From: Ophelia neglecta | Lineage: Eukaryota | Direction: 5' to 3' | DNA length: 64,000 nt | Assembly (NCBI GenBank): GCA_965285935.1 | Contig: OZ260665.1 | Coordinates: 26,660,001 to 26,724,000, forward strand | Part shown: in pieces, positions 55,740 through 64,000 of the stretch | Position numbering within the stretch: position 1 is the stretch's first letter | Layout: each line of letters begins with the position of its first letter | Program-made: the position numbers and the translations under genes | The notes under the pieces: generated by a model | The model's input: only the letters and a program-made list of their open reading frames with translations | Database searches by the model: none | Told to the model about the DNA's origin: nothing

Positions 55740-56200
55740 ATGGGACTGCTTTATTTCAATTCACGTGGTGTAAAAAACACTGACAATTCAAGTGAACCGA
55801 ACACTTATACTATACTAATAAAAACCTATACCTATACTGCAATGACGGATTGTCCATTATTCACGGCTATTGGATTAGCTAATTCATATTATGCTAAAAC
55901 GGCCCCGTTCATTAATAATTTATGGCTTCACTTTCTAGGGCGCGCCTACTAACCTATTAAGCGCTGTTTGACCACAATGCTTTGGCCAAAAGGCAATATG
56001 TCACAATGCGCTTTAGCACACCAGTAGTACGTCTGCGAGTTTTTCTTTGTACCGGAGCACTGACCAGGTTCAGCAGGCAACTGACAAAAAATGTAATATA
56101 ATTTTAAGACATCAGAATAAGAAACAAATTTACTAATGCACCTTGTATCTTTCCGTGATGTTCAACAGGTATGTCCTTTGCCTTTAAAGATAAAAACATC
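55740..56200 (+). mobile_element. Decayed LINE endonuclease N-terminal fragment
   Basis: LLYFNSRGVKN..AMTDCPL, LYRS, KDKNI resemble L..N.RS..NK..A.TETWL, IYRP, GD.NI. Confidence 0.35.
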
Positions 56201-56599
56201 GCGAATCTATGAACATAAATCCTGTATCTATATATTCGGCAAAGGTAGAGACAGAGTGATGTCCATTTAGTGTGTATCACAGTATATCAACTTTTGCGAA
56301 ATACGATGGATAAAATAACTATACATCTTTATAAATTCTGAATTGATTAGCATGTGGTAAAATGAACATAAAATGTCAGAAAATTTGGCCGTCCGGTTAG
56401 TATGTGTTCTCTACAGCCACTTACAGCCCACGCCACTGTTAATCAGATATTTGCGGGCTGTCTGTCTTATACTTGTCAGCAAGTGGGCACAGCAGCTATG
56501 CCAATTTGGTGGGTCACTGCTGTTAGCTTGACAAGGACAAGATGGAAACTTGCTATTTTCTGATCAACAAGACAGCCCATTTAAAAAGTCGCGCTTGAA

Positions 56600-58780
56600 A
56601 AATTTAAATTTATTGTTAAATTTTATTTATACAGCGTAATAATAAACGCAAAACAATTAACCGAATAGCACACATAAAAGCAGAAATTTAAAAATCAATT
56701 CAAGATAAAAACGCTATGAACTGTTTAAAACTTAAAGGCGGAGTAAAAAGTATAATCTTTAAAGATCTTCTAAAATACACCAGTAGGCCTATAAGAGCCA
56801 GTTCCAAGCAGCCTTTGCCACATTGGAGGAGCATGAACTTCGGAGGCCCGGTCGCCGACAGTTTGAGGACGACCCTGGATTCCACAAGGAGACGCAATCG
56901 TGCCGTACAGGGAGCGCGCGGTGGATTATATGACTCTAGGAGGTCCAATAAGTGACCCGTTGAGTTTTTTTTAGGCCATAAATCAACTCCTTTATTGCAC
57001 TCAAGCTCATATGGCAGGCAATTGACCGACTTCAAGATAGTGGTAACGTTTCCTCCAGGCAAGGACAACCAGAGGGACAGCCCGATTATGGAGCGTCCAA
57101 GTTTATATAGCAATTTGTCAGGGACACCACACAGAAGGAAAGTACACAAGTCAATCCTGGTAATTATCAATGACTGAATCAGCTATTTTGTAGCGGCAAC
57201 TGTGAGTTGCTTTCGAACTAGGATGATGTTTTTGAGGTGGTAGCTTCTAGTTCGTACCCTATCCGAGATATGAGCGGATATGTTAAGGTTTTTTTCCAAT
57301 TGTCCAAGAAGACTAGTACAAAAGGCAATCCTGGTATCACCAATGACTGAATCAGTTATGTCAACTGTGAGTGGTTTTCGAGCTTGTCCGATGTTCCCAA
57401 GGTGGTACCCCGGCAGTTTTAACTGAAATGTGGACTGATATGTTGAGGTTCTGGTTCATGACTGCCTGAAGAGGGTTAGAGGGATTTTCGACAGCTGAAC
57501 AGTCATTCCTGATACTAAGAGTGGATTGGTATCCACATTCAGAGACTTTAACTTGGTACCCAAGACAACAAGTTCTATTTTGTTATAGTTACGTTTTAGT
57601 TTGTTCGCAGTCATCCATATGAAAATATCAACGACACACTTTTCCAGACGAGCACTCACGCGATTAACAACATATTTTTTGTCAGTTTGGCAATGGAGAG
57701 CGACACTTGCGTGTTATTGTCAGACCCGTTTATTTACAATCCATGAAATGACATCATGCAACGCTGAAGAGGCATAACATAGATAAAGACACGGAGGGGC
57801 CCAATGACACATCCGTGCGGCACACTGTGTGGCACGAACCTAGCACATGACAACGCTTCTTGCATTTTCACTCTTTGCTAACGCCCACGATGGTATAGAA
57901 TGCAAACGATACAAAAGCACAATGAATATGTTAAAAACAAGAGCGCAGTGAGGTCTATTATGTCCAAGACTACACTTGGATTAAATAGAACGAAATATGA
58001 CAGCCCCTGGCCGTCAAGATTACACAAAATACCACTATGTGCGCTTATCAATGCCGTCTCAGTTGAATGGCATTTCTGAAAAGCAGATTGAAAAGGGTTG
58101 TGGAAGGACGTGAAAACGATATGGCATGTAAGCCTTCATGAAACAACCCTATCAAGAATCTTAGAGAAGAATGATCCCTTTTTTGGTCCATGGTTGACTT
58201 CTAGCTACAGATAGGAAAAACATCCACAGAAGATCCTTTATATGGAGTTTATGCGAACTTCATGTTTATCTCTGCTTCAGTTGCTGTCTCAAATAAGTGA
58301 GTGATAATGATGAGAAAGGGAAATTAAAATGGATGTAATAGCAGATATCAAACAGGCTAATACGGATTTTATAAAACTTGGAATCTCATAATTCAGCACA
58401 TATATTTTATTTTCAAACGTAGAGAATCAACTGTGTGATGGAACATTTCCAATTTGTCCTGGTGCCAGTTGTCGCAAAAAAACAACATAAAGAGCCTTGA
58501 AATCGGATACTGATTTTATCCTGATATCATCACTTACTACTCGCAGATCCTGCCAACGGAGCTTTTGAGTGGTGACAGTCACAGGAAGACGCGGCTGTCC
58601 ACCAACCCTGCCCAACAGATGGTCTTGGCCAAGATTGTCCAGCAAATCAATGTCATAATGATGCCAACCCCAATGTTCATATACCAACAAAATTTGTCCT
58701 TTTTGGAATCAAAACGGTTGGGATAAAATACGGATGGACAGCGATCCGTTATACCAAACACACAAATCTAGCCTCCATGT
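56600..58780 (-). mobile_element. L2-clade LINE, best-preserved copy in the window (dead; EN end, RT, C-terminus, 3' tail)
   Basis: LDL/QDH..QKLRWQD, IPSF..ITSIL, FFSKILDRVV, FQSAFQKCHSTETAL, DLTAL, SVPHGCVIGP, DNNTQV, LEKCVVDIFIWMTANKLKRN, TRIDLCTFLLCGVP, YNPPR, TVGDRASEVHAPPMW, then A-rich tail ACGCTGTATAAATAAA. Confidence 0.92.
57141..57460. repeat. Diverged ~160-175-bp tandem duplication inside the L2
   Basis: AGTACA..CAATCCTGGTA..CAATGACTGAATCAG..CAACTGTGAGT..GATATGTT(A/G)AGGTT occurs from 57141 and again from 57315. Confidence 0.85.
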
Positions 58781-59329
58781 TAATTCATTCAAGTGATCTG
58801 TCAAAAACTCTTGTCATGTTTACGTCCTAGCTCACCTCTTATAATGGCCAGCCATGTAAACACACTTGATTTATTACCTCGCAGATTTGATCAATTTAAT
58901 CCTGGGCATATGCATTAATTGTCAATCAATTTATTCCACTCTTTTGATTGATGTGCTTCGGATGGTAGTAGGCAAGACTAATTTATTTGGTGGTTCATCG
59001 GTAAATTGAGATTCGATGATGAATAGTCGTCAGCTGAAATAAACTATGTTTAGGTATATAACTTTCAGAACTAGGTTAAATTATAATGCGACGTATTAAT
59101 AGCGATAAGTTTATAACCATGAAACACTCGTGTCCATATAGCAAGAAACTACATATGACGCAATACTGATCATATAGCTAGGCAAGGATTGCATGTTAAG
59201 TTCGTGGCTGGTGAATTGTTTATTGCCTAGATAGGCACACACCTGACCGAGAAAGGTTTCAGGAGCAAGTGACAGCATGGATGGGGAAGCAACATCCATG
59301 CATCATTCAAAACTTTGTAAAACTGCTGA

Positions 59330-59520
59330 TATGATCGTGATGTATACATCCCCACCTCTTGTAAAAAATCTCTTCTCAACGAGATATCTGGTTCAGTACG
59401 TTTCCGGTGCAGGAGACTATAATTTGCACCTTGATATTGATGGTGATAAGTACCACTTGCGCTTTGTTGAACTCCACTCTTCACTCAACTAGATGCAACC
59501 CGTCACAGGTCCTCAAACAA
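59330..59520 (+). mobile_element. L2-like AP-endonuclease fragment
   Basis: IVMYTSPP..GDYNLHLD..RFVELHSSLN*MQPVTGP matches IYRPP..GDFNFHVD..F..LL.S.NL.QHV.GPT. Confidence 0.72.
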
Positions 59521-60739
59521 TTGAACTGAACCATTTGTCCATAGTCTGCATTCCTACCAAGTACCGATACTCGTACGCGTATATACAATAATTTAATGGT
59601 CAATTTAGCTCTATTAATTCTAATTATTTTTAGAGTGATTGTACACTAAAAGATGGAATGATTAACATAATTATATTAATTTAACGGTTACGCAGTTCAG
59701 AATTATATCAGTATCTTTTGGATGTGCCTACATGTAGGAATAGTGGAAAAGACAGTGCGTTGAATAAACTTTCTTCATTTTTCTGTACCAACAAGGCGAA
59801 TGGCCGGATACCGTCAAAGGAATTTATAATTGCAAATACACGAGATTGTTATTGTCTGTCATGTAATTCCTCTGCCCGAACTTAAACCGTGATAATAGGT
59901 TCAAACGTCTTTGTTTGCTATAGTAGCCATATATTTTCTGATATCAACAAAACTTCGTTGAAAACAGCAACATTTTTGTAATATGGGAAGTTCACCCTTA
60001 TATCACCGTGCCATATTTATTCTAACATCGAATTCCGGTACATACTGTACTTGCTTAAATTGATTTTGTTTTACACATTGAAATGTATTCAAACTTTTCT
60101 TTTACACATTTAAACTTAATCAGAATTACTCAGGAAAATGTGAATGATTCAAGGTCCACATTTAATCATTAACCAATAATCCATTAGGCTTCACACCTGC
60201 AAATGGGATACACCTGAAAGCCTCTCTGGATCTAATCAAACTTTACCAAGGGAACTCCATTTTTGAAGAAACTTCCTCTTAGAATGTTTATCGCTATATT
60301 TGGTCAGCGATACATAGAAATGCTTTTAAAATGGAAATTTTCTGTGATGTCTTACTGGAGATAATGGCTTTTTCTAGTTTTGGATATGTTCTTCTTTGAA
60401 GAATATGATTTTAAGCAAGCAAGTATTAGTTATTTCATTATTTTAGGACAGCTTATTTTTGTTTGAATTTTTAATATTTAGGACTGTATTCCGCGGCATT
60501 ACCAGTATCTAAATAACTACCACCAGCTCATTATCATTTTACTCAATAAAATAGTGTGTTCATGAAGAATCCCTCATTATTTTGTTGTTACCTACTTGCA
60601 AACATACATATTCCGGCCTAATTGATAGATATAGGCTGCTTAGAATTATTATAGCAACTTACTTATATTTTTATAAAAAAAACCTTAATTGCTTCAATCT
60701 TTAAAAATAAATTGGACAATACCTTTTTATTTATATCAT

Positions 60740-60930
60740 ACCACTACAACCCAACTAACCCCCATATCCCCTGCTCATATTTCCAGCGATTAATTAGCCC
60801 GTCTACCTAAGTTGGACTCCGTCTCACCCCATGTCCCACAATGCACGCCTACCTTGTGTAAATTGCCAAAGTGGCTTATTAGCCTTGTCGCACCGACCCC
60901 CGAGTAGCTATTAGCTCCAAATTACCCCTT
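60740..60930 (+). mobile_element. Decayed L2-like post-RT fragment
   Basis: IPCSYFQRL, KLDSVSP, MHAYLV, KVA, LAPNY match LP...LQRL, KFDHISP, LHWLPV, FKVA, LAP.YL. Confidence 0.4.
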
Positions 60931-61809
60931 AATAAACCCACAATAGGCTCCTCTACCACATTCTATTTAGTTTTAAATTATATCCTCATCGTCCTAATAA
61001 CCGTAGGAAACCTGGTGCGTATCAGTATTTATTGTGCTTTTCAATTTTTGGGGGATTTTTTCATGAAAACCAAAAAACCTATATGATTTCAACCATTTGT
61101 ATATGATTATGTTCCTTCCTTCAGTAGCAATTGTTCATGTGGTAAACGTGGAGGTTTAATCTGTCATAGTAACATAGCTTGGTTCAAAAATGGAAGGGCT
61201 TACCTCCTCGAGCGCACAATATGTGTGCTCAGACGAAATGTGTGCATTTGCGTATTGGGTAGACACAGACTATAACTAGATATTAGCCATTTTTAAAACC
61301 AAATGATTTCAGACTGTCAAAACTTCTTACCTGTTGGTTAACTGATTAATGGAGATAATTTCAGAATTTGTTCTGCCTTTTAGTAGGAAAACAAGGTCAA
61401 TTTTTAGCCAATCAGCCGCATGGTCCTTTCATATGCAAAAATGTAGGGGTCAGTGGGCAGGTCATGGGGGTCACATATTTGTGTAGTGAGCATGGTAACG
61501 CAGTTTCTGCATGGATATAATGCGTTGATTACTGTTGTTTAATTTCAAATATTCGTTGATTTAATTCAACAAAAGTTGATTTTTGTATTTTTGCTGAAAA
61601 AAACCTTTCCCAAAGGTGGCCAAAAGCTGCTAGACCAAATAAAAAAAAGGTGAAGATAGTTTATTTTACCTGTTTTTAGCTGATTTCCCAACGAATGTTT
61701 CTAAATTGTACAGGAAACATTATAAATGCCCCTCCCCTTCCTCGCCCTCCGTACAAACAGTTGTAACGAGAGTCTTCACAATATTCATAGTGAAATATAG
61801 TGCATACTG

Positions 61810-62080
61810 CTTGGCATAACTTGTAAAAAGCCTGTTATTTATTCATCCCATTATAAATTAGCAATTTACATCTTCTTTTATAACATCATGTTTCCCGTGG
61901 TGCATGTTGATCTATTTCCACCGATACAAAATATCCATAGATATTGTAAGAACTATAAAGAAGGCCGAGAATGTTATTATTTGCGTTTCTACACATATTA
62001 CAGAGGTGGTGTTTAATAATTTAATGAGAATGTCCTTGCAGGACAGGTGGAAATTTAATTGGTGTACCTTTTCATAAATG
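61810..62080 (-). mobile_element. Decayed CR1-group RT N-terminal fragment
   Basis: DILIKLLN..YRWK*IN..KEDVNC resemble I...LLK..P..WK.AN..K.D..NY. Confidence 0.33.
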
Positions 62081-62114
62081 ATAACATAGGTCGTTCCCAA
62101 CTATTATTTGACAA

Positions 62115-62660
62115 TATATCCTTATTTATCTGAGGAGTGCCTTAATTTTCACAGCGACGGAGCAATAATTGCTACCCACAATAACACATAGAAGTATATG
62201 CATTGAAATGGTCCTGTATTATATTTGTTCAACAAAATTTCTTTTGCAACAAATGGTGCAAGCTGCATTAAGAGATAAAAAATTAACCGTTATCCATGTG
62301 CAATTAAGATTTATTGAAAGCATGAATCTGACATCTGAAGACATTATTTAGCTATATATTGTAAATCTTTGATCTGATTTCCGGTTCTTCATTATGTTCG
62401 AGTTCCCGTCCGTTGCCTCACTCAAGGTTACGCTAGGTGCAATTACCTACAAAGATATTCGTTTTAAAAATGAGTTCAAATAACGTGTTTAAGTGTTTTA
62501 CCTATGGCTGCTTAGGAGACCGATGTAAGTAGGTTCTCAATACGGACATTTCATAGCTCACAGGTTGTCTGGGGTATGATGAAAAGCCTTATTTACTTCA
62601 AATAATCGCTGGCTATTAATAAGCAAGTCCTCTTTTACCTTTTAACTGTTGTTATGTACT
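62115..62660 (+). mobile_element. Decayed CR1-group RT fragment
   Basis: ILIYLRS..LLPTIT, STKFLL..ALRDKKLTV, CLGDRCK*V match IPIYKS..LLPTIS, ST..LL..AL.DKK, YL.DR.Q.V. Confidence 0.45.
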
Positions 62661-63062
62661 TGAATTGAAAGCATATAATGAAACAAACGTGAGTATTAAC
62701 ATCCATGTTAAAATGTAAAATGGTAATGATTGAATTAAATAGTCTCACTTACACTATGCACATTCACTACAACCATAATATAATTCATTCGCACACAGGA
62801 TGGCTTTCATTTGAGGGGATTTGCCGACAACATTTGAACAGTCAGATCTGAAATACGTAAAGAAGGAAAGAGATAAATTCCTTGTTGAAACTGATGATTT
62901 ATTTGTACATTTAGCTTATAAGAAGAACACATGTTTAAATATCATTTCCCCTCATACCCGGCAACGTAAACAGAGAACTTATTTGAGCGGCATGTTAAAA
63001 TATGCTTATATCGGATTATCTTTCTTCAAGTGCCAATAGTTATTGAAGAGCGTGTCCTATTA

Positions 63063-63538
63063 CTATAACAGTCACAGGCCATGGTTGCATTACTCACATT
63101 TACCACTAACCTGCACTAATAAACCGATATCATGAAATATGTTGAGGTATCACATGAAAATAGTAGCCAAACAAGTGGAACGGACACGGCGTATCTTTGC
63201 AGGCTAAAATGGTGTACCGGTAAGTGGGAATTTCAAATTCAAGGATACTATATACGTTTAATACATTGAAGTCACTTAGTATATTGGCTTCGGAAACAAC
63301 CCGCTATAACAGTCACGGGCCATGGTTGCATTGCTCACATTAACCACAAACCTGACCTAATAAACCGATATCATGAAATTTAAAGAGGTATCACATGAAA
63401 ATTATAGCTACACCTGGTGTATAAACGACGTATCTGTGCCTGCTATAATAGTGTACCATTAATGGGAAATTTCAAATTCAAGGATACATTTAATACACAT
63501 AAATATCACTAAGTGTTTGTGCTTTGGAAACACCCTGC
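63063..63538. repeat. ~241-bp tandem dimer (two diverged copies)
   Basis: CTATAACAGTCAC.GGCCATGGTTGCATT starts at 63063 and 63304; shared blocks CTAATAAACCGATATCATGAAAT, GAGGTATCACATGAAAAT, TTTCAAATTCAAGGATAC. Confidence 0.95.
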
Positions 63539-63684
63539 TTAAATTGTGACGCTTAAAATCTGGGCTATGTGGATGGTTTTACATAGTTGCCCATTTATTA
63601 AAATACTATCTGATCACTAGATTAAAATGTGTCTCGGCCCCTCTCTCTGTCTCTCCCTCTCTTTGACCATTTGTGAGTCTCTCT

Positions 63685-63890
63685 GGTTATACGTCGATAC
63701 CAGGACCGAATAACATAATAATCCGCGTTTTCCAGAGTTCGGACGGACCTCAAAGCCGAATTCCCACTGCGTAATATATATGAAATTGGCAATTCGAATC
63801 CCGCCGAAGCCCGGCCATACACGGCTGTTGTCTGCCGAGATAAAGTCCTGTCTGATGGCAGTAAAAAGCAAAGTGAAGTGTGATCGTTCG
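63685..63890 (+). mobile_element. Decayed L2-like RT core fragment, CpG-rich
   Basis: SIPGP, SHCVIYMKLAI, EIKSCLMAVKSKVKCDR match SVLGP, FHCYADDTQLYI, LE.CL.DVKSWM..N. Confidence 0.45.
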
Positions 63891-64000
63891 TTTTCACGCA
63901 ATATAATATATTCAAATGGAGTTTCCCCAATCATTAGTATTATTATTGCTGGGAAATGGGAATCGCTCAAAGGACCATAACACAATGCACTAACTTTAAG

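Noticed and set aside
56700-57170. Longest ORF (156 aa) as a host gene
   Set aside because: It is a partly out-of-frame read-through of the L2 ORF2 C-terminus
63809-63827. Similarity to the 5' end of 5S rRNA (CGGCCATAC)
   Set aside because: Match ends after about 20 nt with gaps; no internal control boxes
1-64000. Uni-strand piRNA cluster or spliced host gene
   Set aside because: TE fragments lie on both strands and are mostly very old; no exon chain with recognisable host protein similarity was found, although tiny or non-coding exons cannot be excluded without RNA data

Overview
AT-rich, non-coding eukaryotic DNA, most likely an animal intergenic or intronic region. A bilaterian invertebrate is my inference from the repeat types; the taxon is not determinable. 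I found no intact protein-coding gene, rRNA, tRNA, CRISPR array or prokaryotic operon. Hand translation suggests the window is largely carpeted by decayed non-LTR retrotransposon ORF2 fragments on both strands: mostly L2-like, also CR1-group and RTE-like, about 40 pieces. Many short ORFs in the supplied track appear to be frame-preserved remnants of endonuclease, RT, thumb or C-terminal LINE motifs. Only three pieces are obvious (15480-15930, 56600-58780, 59330-59520). The rest are very diverged, rest on my recall of family motifs and need HMM confirmation, and their boundaries are approximate. Also present: a hAT-like MITE, a pogo/Tc1-like MITE end, a possible hAT transposase remnant, a 25-bp minisatellite, a ~241-bp tandem dimer, a CTCF-like motif and a few candidate regulatory islands, some apparently built on LINE fossils. 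I cannot support a new enzymatic system here.
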